Origin: Tubiluchus corallicola
Taxonomy: Eukaryota; Animalia; Priapulida
Reading direction: 5' to 3'
Assembly (NCBI GenBank): GCA_030141605.1
Contig: JAQGDQ010000175.1
Span: 248,001 to 312,000 of the forward strand
Length of the DNA: 64,000 nt
Positions 1 through 12,538 of this stretch are shown here, piece by piece. Numbering within the stretch: position 1 is the first letter of the stretch; each line of letters starts with the position of its first letter. A program made the position numbers and the translations under genes. The notes under the pieces were generated by a model. The model did not search any database, was not told the origin of the DNA, and worked only from the letters and a program-made list of their open reading frames with translations.

Positions 1-339
1 AAACAGTACTTAACATGATTGTTACTTAACATGTATATTATAGGGCAAAAACGAACTAAGATGATATAAACGTTTTAAAAGCTTATTAGTCACACGAAAG
101 CATCTTACTGAAACATGTGAAGTCACAAAAATATTGAGTCAATTATGCGGAGTTATTTGAGTCTATTTTCGACAGTTTTTGTATACATTTGAATAGGAGC
201 GGCCCGTACCAGACGTTTTTGAGTCAATTAAGTGACTGAGTCTATTAACCGTGAGTCTAATAAACGGTGCCTACTGTGCTACTATATTTATAATTTTTAT
301 ATTGTCTTGCTTTATGTTCTACTGGACTTTTCGTTACAG

Positions 340-3142
340 GCTGTATTGTGCCGAACTAATTCCAATAAACCCTGCTCAATACCACTTACTCAAGATCACT
401 CTCCAACGCAGTATAATGAACGAATTAGAATAGAAAAGTCTGGGGGCTGTGTCAAGTAAGTGTCATTAAATAGCGAACATTTTTCAAGTATTTCAGTTTT
501 TCAACTTTTGTCACATTTGCCAAATGGGTGTTTTTTACATTCTAATATGAATGCTTATTATGAACTGTACACATGTTGTTTACTTGTTTATTTCCTGCAG
601 CCATCAAGCTACAAAAATTGTCACTTTTTCTGTTTAACTGCACAGCTGCTAGAGGTTCCTTAGAGTTATTGAGAAAAGTAGCATAGTGCTTCTTATTTTC
701 AGAAACACAAATGTTGTCTATTTAAAATTGTATATCACAATCCATCCATGTACAACTAGCCCTAGCTTGCAGCCTTGAAAATTTTTACACTAAGACTTTC
801 GTTACATGTCAATTAGCAAATTTGTTGACTTGCTCAATATTATATTACAAGTTGTAAGAGACTTTAATAGATTAATTTAAATACACTAAAACACTAGACG
901 ATACTGTGAACATTAGGAATCTAAACAGAAGTGGCCACATTTCACTATTTTATTTTTGCAGAGATGGCAGAGTAATGGGCGTACTTGAAGTGTCTCGGTC
1001 AATAGGAGATGGTCAGTATAAAACTTGCGGCGTCTCTTGCATTCCTGATGTGAAACGGTGCAAACTCTCAGAAAATGACAGGTTAGTTACTGAAGTAAAA
1101 GTTATAGTTTTCAAAATATTTAAGTATGGGCAAAATTATTTCATTTAAACAAGATACTGAAGCAGGTGAATACTTCATATTGAATGCAAGTTCACATATT
1201 ACTGCTCAGATGTTCTTCAGTCTTAACTAGTACCATGAAATTTGTTAGTTTTCACAACCATATTCCAAAATATAGAATTTAGAATTCACCTTAGCCTAAA
1301 ATTTAGCAGGAATAAAAAATTATCAGAGTAAAAGCAGGGCTTCTCTACTGTGCTTGTGATCCTGGCTTGTTCTCATGCATGACTTCAGAGAACTATATTT
1401 ATTATTTATTATAATTGTTATGTTTTGCTTTTATGCAACTATAAGCTTGGATTTTTGCTTTGCTGGCAGTTGGACAGAAACGTGCTATGTATTCAAACAT
1501 ATTCCCGTTCAGTCTGCATTTTTCATTATTGATCGTATTACATGTACAGTGGTCGACTTACGACCTGTTGCGACTTACGATTGTTTGACTTTATGACCGA
1601 CTGCAATTTCATTAATGAAGTATTCAAAATCAACTATAACTCATATTTCTTTTTATTTTTTAAACAAATTAATTTTAAATTACGATCTGTTTTTATAAGT
1701 TAATCGTATGTGCTGCCATACTTGGTGTGCATACGCACACATACGTGTCCGACTTGTGTCCAATTCATTTTGTGACCAATCCGCTGTGCCATTTGTGGTC
1801 GTAAGTCGACACCAACCTGTATACTATTTCTGCGGTCATGTAAGAACTTTTTTTTGATGAATGATTGACAATAACAAAACTGAAAATACTTCTTACAAAA
1901 TCTATTTAATTTAAATTTGTTGTTACATTCAAGTACCACGAAGTGTAATGATAGTGTCGAAACTGCTGAGCAAAGGTTTCCCCAGGGAATACAGCTGCTG
2001 ATGTTATTGTAATAATAGTAACTGGGTTTTGCAAGAATTCGGTTCAAAACTGTAAATATTAATACCTAACTACTGCAGGAGCAGTGATAACTCAGTAACT
2101 TCAACACGCAGATGCATAATTGCTAAGAAAAGTTGATAGATACTGTATGCTACCAACTTATCAGCTTATTGCTGTGTTGGGTGACCTTGACATGCTGATG
2201 TGGGTGACCTTGAATTGATGATGTGGTCTTGCCGTGATCTTATTATTATTTAAGCTATTTGCAACATGTGATGCGCCTGTCTTTAAATGTCTTTCTTAAC
2301 TGTTATTGCAAGTATTATGTATGGATTTTGTGTTTATTGGGTATTAGGTAGTCATTATTTTTTATCTTTGCATGGAATATGCTTTCAAATTCATGATTTT
2401 AAATTACAGTTGATTATTTTGTAATTTACATCTATTATTGCACATGTATTTATACTCTAGTACTTGCATGCAGTATTGTAGCTGTACGTATGTTGGTATT
2501 TCAGGTTTGTGGTCATAGCTTGCGATGGATTATGGAAGGTTTTCAAACCAGAGGAAGCTGTGAAAACTGTCATGGAAACTTTAGAAGTATGAATCATAAG
2601 CATCTTTTTCATCATATTGTTGCTATATGGATGGAATGTTTCATGGTTTCAGTTTTCAGTTTCATTAAATAGTTAAGCAGTATCAGAGTTGCACATTAAC
2701 TGGATAGTAAATTTAAGAGAATCTGTAGTTTGCTGGAGTTTCGTGGAAAAAAGTCTAAACGAATTGGGCTGAGGAATTAATTGTCCTGTTTAAAAAAATT
2801 CAGCCACTAATTTAATGTAATTCAACTTGTAACAAATGATGATATTGGATAAAAGTAAAATAAATGTTTGAAACGAGTTGGAAAACAATTGGTGCATTGT
2901 GTTGGTTTTTGTATGCAATTCTTTTCATCTAGTTACATGAATTAATGTGGTAGTATTTGTTACCATATTGTAAACAGGTGAAAAAATGCTTTCACTTTTA
3001 GCAACCCGTGGAATCTGTAAATGAAAAGACGGCAGAAGAGGAAGCATACGATTTGGCATGTAATAAACTAGCAGCCGAAGCAGTGAGGCGAGGATGTGGG
3101 GATAATGTTACAGTCATCATCATCAGTATCACAGCTAGGTGA
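340..3142 (+). CDS. ILKAP: PP2C-family Ser/Thr phosphatase, ILKAP-like; 3' part only (exons 340-455, 962-1081, 2505-2586, 3002-3142)
   Basis: GT-AG exons splice in frame: AVLCRTN..PLTQDHSPTQYNERIRIEKSGGCVK/DGRVMGVLEVSRSIGDGQYK..GVSCIPDVKRCKLSENDR/FVVIACDGLWKVF../..ACNKLAAEAVRRGCGDNVTVIII..TGA at 3140-3142. PP2C motifs DH, SRSIGD, ACDGLW and DNVT are present. The 5' exons lie upstream of the window. Confidence 0.88.
1547..1819. mobile_element. Tc1/mariner (pogo/Tigger-like) MITE in an ILKAP intron
   Basis: Imperfect TIRs CAGTGGTCGACTTACGACC ... GGTCGTAAGTCGACACCAACCTG, flanked by TA on both sides (1545-46, 1820-21). Confidence 0.7.
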
Positions 3143-5639
3143 TTATTTAGTGCTCACTTATTAGTACATTTTTCATTAAATTTACATTGTTTTATGATGT
3201 AAATTTTTAGTACATCGTATTTTCTCAAGGCATCTGTGTTTTTTTTCAGTTTATTTTCAATGTGTGTAATTTACACATTACAGTTTATTAAAAATCATCA
3301 CATGCTTTGAAATTGTATATAATTTTCTTCTATAGGTAAAGCTGTGAATTAAAATTGTAAAATTGTTATAAGGCATCGTTGTATATAAAATGTTTCTAAG
3401 CTCTCTTAATTTATATTTAATGTAATTTATGTAGACGTACTGTTGTTCCACAGTCAATGTTCACATCTTGTATATAATAACTACGTAATTAGTCGACATG
3501 AACAATATAAATTTTTCACAAAAGTCCCAACAGTAAACGAAAACACAAGCTTTAATTTACTGGTGTAAACTTTTGCATACAAGTATGTTGCAGACATTTT
3601 CAGGGCAAATGATGCTAACATGTCTTCATGTCTTTGATATGGAATTTTTTCAATACTTGATTAATGAGGTTGACAATCTATCTCTGAGCACTTCTTGTCT
3701 AACAGAAGTCTATCCTGGGCAAGTTTTTAGCAAACTTGGAACTATTATACTACACAATACTATGAAAGTAATTTTCTGTGTATTACGTATATTCTGTCAT
3801 TCATCCAACAACATTAAGCACTAAACTGAGCTTTGAACAGATTTCATCATTCCTTTGTTCATCTTAGATACTATTTTATCTTTTTGTGAATGGTATATTT
3901 TCTTCTTGTATAAATAAATAGTAGCTGCCAGCTTGCTATCACTTACACTGATTATTGTACGCTTGTTGCTCAACACTCACCTTAGTAGACAAAAAATTGA
4001 ATTCTTATGTTTTCAAATCTGTAGGTAATGCTAATGGAACAGAGCCAATGATAACTGGTATTTCCACACACAAGCTGCATGCTAGACCAGATAGTTTGAG
4101 TTTCACTAAAAAATTAGTTATTTAACAATTGCTACCAATTCTTCTTTTGAAAAGTTAAATGCAAAATAAAAGTTTTTAAGAGAGGAAAAATCATCATGTG
4201 ATGACCACACTGGTCTTTGTGTCTCTACCTTTCCCAGCATTCACAGTCAAACCATTACAGCATTTGCATGCTTTTAAGTAATTCAAATTACTCAGTAACA
4301 TGTTCACATGGATGATGATATTGAAACAACAGAATTGTGAAACTTACTAACTTATTACTAAGTTGTTATGTAAAATCGTATAAGCTGATGTATAATTCGT
4401 TTCCTAAAACTAGACTAGGATACTCTTATTTTTCATAATAGCCTGCCGTCTATAATAAATTGTATGCAATTTTGTGGGCCAGTTTCAAACTTACAAATCA
4501 TTACTTTGATTTCTCATGCAGAAGGTAATAAAATGCAGGAACTTTTTATCAAAGTTTGCTCTGTTCTTCAAGTGCAGAGTTATCTTCATTTTGATCTTCA
4601 TTTTATGATGGCTTGCTTATCTCACAGCATATATAATATATAATATATATATATATATAAATTATATATATATGTATATATATATAATAAGCTCCTAAGT
4701 AAATCCTTTTAAGATTTATTATCATGTCGAGTCAATCCTCTTTTCTTACTAGTAAGCATCATTATAAACCTGCAATTATCCGTGCCAGTCGGCAAAACAT
4801 CACAGGTGAATGAAACATTCGTAATTGAATTAGATGTCACCAGCGCGTGATTTGTGTTTCTCACTCATACGCTGATTGCTATCCCACTACCTGAAGACGC
4901 ACGAAAAAAACCGTAATGAGTTTTCAAACATCCCCTTTTGAACTGCAGGCTTATGCATAACAATGACAGTACATCTGCACTTTTGACTTTTGCACCGCAA
5001 ATCAATAAGCTGCATCGGAGTGGTAGTGATTACCTTCAAGCTGTGGTAATATTTGCTAAAAAAAGTCTATTTTTTTTCACTGGGGTTGTGTTGAATACAA
5101 CAAAAAATAACCATTCTAGTTCATTTAAAGAACTTGCAATAAGTTTACTTCAAGCTACGTAATTGTGGCTATACTATATCACGAGTAAAAAATATTCAAG
5201 ACAGGTGCAGGGCGAGTCAAGAAGGTGGCTCCGTTTGAGAAAGAGCATAATTTCATTATCCTAGGGGCCTCAAAAGGTCATAATCTGGCCCTGGCCTTTA
5301 CAGCTTCAGTTAAGGCTCAAGCAAACTAACTTAATGACTGTACAAGCATTTTTAAATAGCCATGAAAAACAGATCGGCGCTACAAAACTCTCTAACTTTT
5401 TATTTTTTAACTAACAAGGAAGTGTAAAAACTTCACATAACCACCATAGCACACAAGCAACTTTGGTATAACACACTAAATAGGGTAATATCTGTATGCT
5501 CAATACACACGGTACTTATCTAAATTGTACTCTGCAAAGCACTTGTTGAATTGATACTCTGCAAGTAACTAATGAGAAAATCTGTATTAAATTCTGCAAA
5601 CAAATAGAAAAGTGAGGTCTGATTAAAGCAGAAGATAAA

Positions 5640-6020
5640 TATTCTAATCTATAACAAAACCGTCATCGTATAGGTGCTTCTATGTTCTAACATGGCACGT
5701 TCCACCTGTTGATGCTAGTCCACTCCACTGCTTAAGCCCGATGCATCATCCTTCAAATTGCGAGGTGTTTGTTAAATCTTCTTGCAGTATATCTATTTAT
5801 GTCAGTAGCTACTGACCTTAACAGAGGCTCTTGAGGTAGTCTTAGGGCATGACCAATCCAATGCAACCTTCTTATTTGTATTTGTTTACTACAAGGATTT
5901 TTCTTCACCACATCATATAGATCATCATTGGATATTCTGACAGGCCATTTAATATCTAACAATTTTCTATAGAAACATATTTGAAAAGTGTCAATTTCCT
6001 TCTGCTGTTTAACTTTTAAC
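5640..6020 (-). mobile_element. Degraded 3' fragment of an RTE-clade LINE
   Basis: ORF 5753-5962 (LDIKWPVRISNDDLY..IQIRRLHWIGHALRLP) resembles the RTE ORF2 C-terminus. Confidence 0.65.
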
Positions 6021-7782
6021 TGGTGATTAGATGAATTGTTGACCAGTGACCACAGCTAAAAAGCTGTGTGACTAGAAATACAAAGCATGCTTGTTTCTTT
6101 TTGGCTATGAAACAACATAGAAGTGACCAGATCTATTCTTTTTTGTGGTGGTATGCATGTAACATAGATTTTACCAAGTCACATGTAAATGCCTTGATGT
6201 CTGCCATGGCAGCAGATTAATTTGTAAACAATAGCTTCTCGGAAAATAAATTAACTTTATTTGCTAAACCGCTTAATGTATTTTAATTTATTTTGCTTAA
6301 TTTATTTTTATTTTCACTTTAAATTCACATTTTTTTCTCATACTCACTGTTACATGCATGGTTTAATTTTATACAACTTAAAACAATAACCTGATATAAA
6401 CATAAATTTGAAGACTAATTAGATTAGTATTTTTTAACATAGACTACAAACTTAAAATCAGAATTTGGGCATGTGTAACAAACAGTAATCAGTAATGCAG
6501 ACTGTGTTTAATATGCAGAGATGCTAGCTTTTCTTCAACATTTAAAAGATACAAATATTTCAGATAACTGTGAAACCTCAGTTATTATTAAGATAAAATT
6601 GATGAAGTTGCTAAGTGCTACGAAATTACTCAAACTGACAAAATGGTGAAATCATAGGTGGCTAGAGACATAAAAAATATAGTGAGTGTAGTCACCATAT
6701 TCTAGATTACTGATTTAAAACATCTCAGGAATTGTGAACAGTAACAGCTACCCAGCTAAAGTAGCATGAGCTTGTAATTTACTCTTTTTTGCTAATGTAA
6801 CAAATCGTATGCTTTTTACACAACTGCCATAAACATCCACAATATACCAAAATATATGCGGTAGCATTGTATACTGTTTCATGACACTCTAATAAAACTG
6901 TGTTAATGAACTATAATCTGAATCACGTTCTGGAATGACAACTATTAAAACATTTGAAACTGATCAAAATGATGAATTTCTAGCTATTTAAAAAACACTA
7001 CCAACTAAATTGATTTACATGGTAATCATAAAAAATAATATCTGTTACCAAGATATTGTCAAGGTACAATAATTACATACTGCTTCTCAGTTAAAAAGCT
7101 GTAAAGAACAAATTAGGGATCATTACACTAGTAGTCGCTTTGAGAGAAGAACACTGTATTAACAGTTATCACAGATACAGATCTTACTATATATCTTTCC
7201 ATTGCCTTAGTTGGAACTTTACCAACACCTTGGTTAATCCTGCTTATGCCTTGACTTCCTGGAAGTTGATTATGTAATATTATCAGTAACCCAAAACATC
7301 AGCAAACACAACTATGAGTTGATGAAATTAAATTTAACTACTTATGGTATATAAAATCGATATAACAAAATCAGTACCCAGCGTCAAGAACAAGTAAGAA
7401 GTACATACTAGTGAAAACAAATTTATTATTTCCATTTCATGATTCATGACCAGCATGAACAAACAGATGTAAAATTCCTACATATGCAAGATGAACGTTG
7501 ATTTTCTAAGTTGCAATAAAATTTTCAAGTTATGTGCAAGTCTTGCACTAGATTTGCTTAAAATCATAAAACTTTTATTTATCAACCTCTCAACCCACCT
7601 GCCATGAAAGACCTATGGTTTACTGGCATGACAAACTACACAAAAATTTACATACACATTACATGTAACAAATTAAAACATTTTACAAAACTATATTGCA
7701 TAATCAATTATGTATGAAAATTACATAACTTTGTGGTATAACGTAAAAATAAGCTCTGCTTTTAGTGGTCTGTTTTTTAATT

Positions 7783-9021
7783 CTAAAACAATAAACGATA
7801 CAAAAATCCAATAACCACAGTAGCAATGAGTGGAATGATGTAAGTCCAGAGTCTTGACAAATAGCATGAACTCAGGTCAGCATCCAAATGACATAAAACA
7901 CCTTTTTTGTCTGCTTCACAGGCTACCAAACCTTTTGAAAGAATCTGTTTCATCTCTTCCATGTCTTTTTCATCTTCAGGGACCTTTTCTTCAATGATAC
8001 GCAGCGCCTTGTAAAAGATGGCTTTCACAGCATGTATTGTTGTGGCATCAATCATCATGCGAACAGCTTCGCCTTTCCGAATTTTTACGACACTCCTCAA
8101 AACAGCTGGGTTGTTGTAACACCTCTCTAACGTGGCAACAGCCATTACTTGTGGTATTGCGCAAAAATTAAAGACACTTTGATTATGAAGTCGTGACAGA
8201 TACAACGTCACATCAGGAACATGTTCTAGGGCATTAGCAATTAACTCATTTAAGCACGGAACTCCAAGAGATTCGTTAGTGGCAAAATTTCCGAGATCAT
8301 CAGCGTACTTCTGCCAACATTCTTTAGGCCAAAATTTCCGTCCATCGTTGTGGTCTTCAAGGTAGTCACGGATTATGTTAGTTTTTTGCAAAAATAAGCC
8401 CATGGAATTCGCTAGCTTGTCATCCTTGCCAACAATCTCGTCTTCAAGCTTGGAAGCAGAGAACAATCTAGACAATCCTATGCCAACAAGGCCTGCGACG
8501 TAGTGACAATATTGGTCCCATTCTGAAAATGTGTCTATGTCCTTTTCAAGAAAAACCGTCATTCCTGCCCCCATTTTCGCACAAATGTCTGATATCACAT
8601 CCTGATACATTACGTCCAGAGAGCGAAATTCTTCGGAAACATCAGTAAATTGTTCCAGAACTATACCATCTTTATCATTACTGCGCCAATAACACCATTC
8701 TGGGTCGTACAGATGTTGATAGAATGTTTTCAGCATTGGTATTTTCTCCTCGACCGGGATCGTCATGTCGTCTTCAATGGTATCCAGCGCACGCAAAACG
8801 ATGTAGAATATACACACTGCGTGTCTTAGCTCTCCCTCCAAAGCTCGTATAACGGCGGCAAAACTTCGACTTGTTCTGTTTAGCAAATTGTAACAAGTAC
8901 GAGCTGAATCCGTCATGTCATCTTCCTCTACTTTACTCGAAATAGACACAATTTTGCCCCTCTTAAATTGGAGAAGAGCAAAGACCTCTTCCGGATGACT
9001 GAGAGACCGCAGGAAATCCAT
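7783..9021 (-). CDS. FDFT1: Squalene synthase (farnesyl-diphosphate farnesyltransferase), 412 aa, intronless CDS
   Basis: Uninterrupted ORF with TSRSF, LRALDTIEDD, YCHYVAGLVGIGL, MGLFLQKTNIIRDYLED, FCAIPQVMAVATL and VVKIRKG motifs plus a C-terminal hydrophobic membrane anchor. Confidence 0.97.
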   Translation of the reverse strand: MDFLRSLSHPEEVFALLQFKRGKIVSISSKVEEDDMTDSARTCYNLLNRTSRSFAAVIRALEGELRHAVCIFYIVLRALDTIEDDMTIPVEEKIPMLKTFYQHLYDPEWCYWRSNDKDGIVLEQFTDVSEEFRSLDVMYQDVISDICAKMGAGMTVFLEKDIDTFSEWDQYCHYVAGLVGIGLSRLFSASKLEDEIVGKDDKLANSMGLFLQKTNIIRDYLEDHNDGRKFWPKECWQKYADDLGNFATNESLGVPCLNELIANALEHVPDVTLYLSRLHNQSVFNFCAIPQVMAVATLERCYNNPAVLRSVVKIRKGEAVRMMIDATTIHAVKAIFYKALRIIEEKVPEDEKDMEEMKQILSKGLVACEADKKGVLCHLDADLSSCYLSRLWTYIIPLIATVVIGFLYRLLF

Positions 9022-9209
9022 GACTGTTGCACAAGTGTAAACCTTTGTGACTTGTACTAACCTGCAGTGATTAATCTTTTTGAATAATAATTAAACGGCA
9101 ACATATCCGTGCAATAACAATACTAACATAAAGCAACACCGACAGTAAATGTTTAGTGTTGTAACACAGCGTGTCTACAGATGCATGGTGAAAGAACTGT
9201 ACCAGGAAC

Positions 9210-9276
9210 GCTATTGGCTGTTTACGAACCCCACCAGCGCATTCAGCGAATGAGCGATTCCGAATATCAGCTGATC
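9210..9276 (-). promoter_or_regulatory. Putative FDFT1 proximal promoter with CCAAT (NF-Y) box and SRE/E-box-like sites
   Basis: ATTGG at 9213-9217, AACCCCAC at 9227-9234 (partial match to SRE ATCACCCCAC) and palindrome ATCAGCTGAT at 9266-9275, about 190-255 bp upstream of the ATG. Confidence 0.4.
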
Positions 9277-10119
9277 ATGTTATGACAGCTAACTAGCTGT
9301 GCGCAGAAACTGATGCAGACTGAGGAATGCTGAAGATCGAGTTTATAAAATTGATAGAATTTTCTCTCAACGCAGTTTGAGTTTTTAACGAATTGTATTC
9401 ATTCAGTGAATCATGAATTAGTTATTATTAAACAATTATGATTTTTTTCGGTTTGTGTACTGTATTTGACATGTATATTACATTACTTTGCCAATGTACA
9501 TTGTATGTATTTGTGAAAATAAAATTGAATTGAATAGTTAACGATAGTGTAAAATTAATTTTTGTGTTTTTGTCAGTTTCTGCATAATATCATGTATGCA
9601 ACAAGTATGCAACTACAACCTGACTTGTGTACTGGAACAAATGATTCAAAAATTTAGCGCACATTCGCCGCTGGACAGGGCTAATTTTCACCAGACCACA
9701 TAAGTCAGCCAAGCGCATTTTACAAAGTTATCGAGCAAGAAAATGTAAGAGTTATAATGGGAAATCGGCAGCAGAACCATACGCCACGTCTACTATACTT
9801 GCAACAATTACAATCAAACGTGGCCTTGTACATATGATACAACGATGCTAACCTAATCACGTAAATCTAAATTGGGTTGAATCTGAATAAGTGCTTAGTG
9901 GATATCCAAGAAGTGACGTCTACCATAATGTCAATCATTTTCGTTGACAGCCCAATCAGCGTGCAAGTTATTTCACACCCTTGCAGAGTTTACTTAACGC
10001 TGAAACGTTCGGGACATTTAGCTACAGTTGCCTCTAATACTGTCTCGAAAAATGCTCAACTTTTCGTTAGTCAGCGGGAAAAATATTGGCCTGACTCTAG
10101 ACTTTGTTATTGTCAATTG

Positions 10120-10270
10120 AAATTGCAAGTGAATTAGTGGAAATATATAGTCTAGTTTCGTTTATAGGTAGAAATGCACACCGCTTACGCCTATATAAAT
10201 TGTAAGTGAATTGGTGGAAATATATAGTCGTTTCGTTTATAGGTAGAAATGCACACCGCTTACGTCTAAA
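10120..10270. repeat. Tandem duplication of about 76 bp (2 copies)
   Basis: AATTG[C/T]AAGTGAATT[A/G]GTGGAAATATATAGTC..GTTTCGTTTATAGGTAGAAATGCACACCGCTTACG occurs twice in tandem. Confidence 0.85.
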
Positions 10271-11619
10271 AGTTGCTGATTAAACCATTTCGCAATCAAG
10301 AAAATACACAGTTTAGTTTATGGCTTTGCATGTTAGACAAAAACAACTATTTAATTAACTTTAAATTAGGACAAAAGAAAAAGTTTTCTTTTCTGGCCAG
10401 GTTTTATTAACCTTAATGAGATCTTCACAGTCAAAATTAATTCAAAAGAGGTCAAAACTTATATTATACATCAATGTAATGTTAGTTAATTTTACACTAT
10501 TTTTCTGGTTATAATCAGGGTTGAATGCGCCATTGGGAATTATGTGACTCGGGCATTCAATATAAAGGTCGTCTATGGAATTGAACTATTAAATTTATTC
10601 CATTTCCGTAGCTTGACAAACGGAAAAATACAAAAACTTAATAAATCTTGCAGACGAGCACATGATTAATTAATATAGGAAAATACATCGCAGACTTAAA
10701 GGTAAGAGAACCTGCAAAAAAGCAAGGCAAACTGACTTAGTTTCTTTATTATACTCATGTCTCTATATTTTGTAGTGCTTTGAAAGTTCGTGTCTACATT
10801 CTGTTTAAATTGAAAAGTCATTTTTTGGCTACTTGAAGTGTTAATTTCGTGTAAAAAATAGCTGCTGCTCTGCACATTTGTGTTTATGAAAAAGTGCAAT
10901 CAGTTTATCTGCTGATTAGACATTAGTTGTGACTGCCATGATGTTTAGTTTAGTTTAGCTTAGGCAGTTGTTGTCCTGCGCGAGCTGTTGTCCCAAATGT
11001 AGCTGAGCAGGGCGGAGCGATAGACCAATATGTTTGACGTCAATTGTTTTGCAGGCTGCAATGCTCTGTCAAGTTACAATAAAACATAAATCAAATGCTA
11101 AATAGTTCTTCATTGATCAGGCTTGGACAATGTTATTATTACACTATATATTTTGAAAATGGGAATAATATATATATATATTGTTGTGGTGCATATGCTT
11201 TATTACAGCATAAGTGTCTATTCTTACTATGTACATATCTCTTTTGCTAATTTTACTCCATCTTGACTTATGGATAATTCTGGTAGTTTTATTCTTTTGG
11301 TAAAACAATAACAACAAGATTCAAAAATGTTATTAGGAATTCTGCATTTGAAATGCTTTAAGAGCAGTTATTACTTACAATAAGGTAGTAAAGTAAAGTA
11401 CATTTATGATTCGGCAAATGCCTAAGCCAGTAAGACACAGCACAGGAAATGTAAATTGAGTAGTCCATACTCTGCTGGTGTGTGCAGGTGTTGTCTCACC
11501 TGCTTGCATCTTAATTGTGTTAGTGCAGCCCTCTATTTCTCTTCCTGCATGAAACTTTGATACCTAAATGAGAACGATGACCAAACTTACAGATCTCAGC
11601 TAGTCACGGTTAACAAGGA

Positions 11620-12538
11620 TGTTATGAATAAATTTCGGAATCATGAATTAAGTGATTAATTAATGGAGTTATCAACTTCATTAGATTATGTTGATAAAGA
11701 GACCTCCAAATTGGATTAGATAAATTTATTAAAAGAATATGGGAACTCACTTAGCTGATAAAGCATATATTTAATGTAAGGCAAGAAATTATCGTCACAA
11801 GAGTTTGTGTTTACAAGTAATAGAACAGGTGTTCATTTAGAGAGTAAAAGTTTGTCACAGGTGTTTGAGTTTAGGTGAAACGAAGCTGATTTTTATATCA
11901 TTGCGTGGTTAGATAATACACCTCGTAATATTATGCAGAGTTGCTGGACTATAATTGTGAAGGAGCAGAAAGTAGCTCTTTTCTTGAACAGAAGTTTATG
12001 ACCCAAGCGACGCAAGGAGCGAAGGACGAAGGCGAGTAGCGGAGTTTTCTCATGTAAGAAGCTACGTTACCTGGCCATCTGGATGGTCATAAACCACTAA
12101 GCCCACAACGGAACCTTTTGAACTATTGCAACATCTTGCGCGTTCGCGCGCAATATTACGAAGACTCCATTAGAGTATATAAGATGGTGTTTTGGAAGAG
12201 CACGTGGTTAATCGGTTGCGGGAGACGTTGTGAATCAGTCCGGGAGAGAGGAGATCAAGTCTGGAGAGGCTACAGGAATTCTGAGAGAAGCAAAGACACG
12301 TTAGACCCAGCGTAGACAACTATCTGCGTCCTCAACGAATTGAGCACTGGATCTGCGAATAGAGTCTTGCAGCGGAATCGGATTAACAAGAGGGATGGGC
12401 ACCTCAAGTGTTAGTCCGTAACAGGAGGCAGTGGGTCTGCAAGGATCCTAGGCAGTTTTACCGTTTCCTGCTGATGAAGGGCGAATTAACGTCCTACTGT
12501 GGTACCTTCTAGTCGGCGTATGTGTCATACTGTTCACA
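11620..12538. mobile_element. Solo LTR (Gypsy-like), 919 bp
   Basis: TGT...ACA termini with a 4-bp direct repeat AGGA at 11616-19 and 12539-42. Internal TATATAAG near 12176; 3' half is more GC-rich than the flanks. Confidence 0.6.

Noticed and set aside
5208-5293. Tiny hAT-like element CAGGGC...GCCCTG
   Set aside because: Only about 6 bp of inverted match and no target duplication; at most a remnant.
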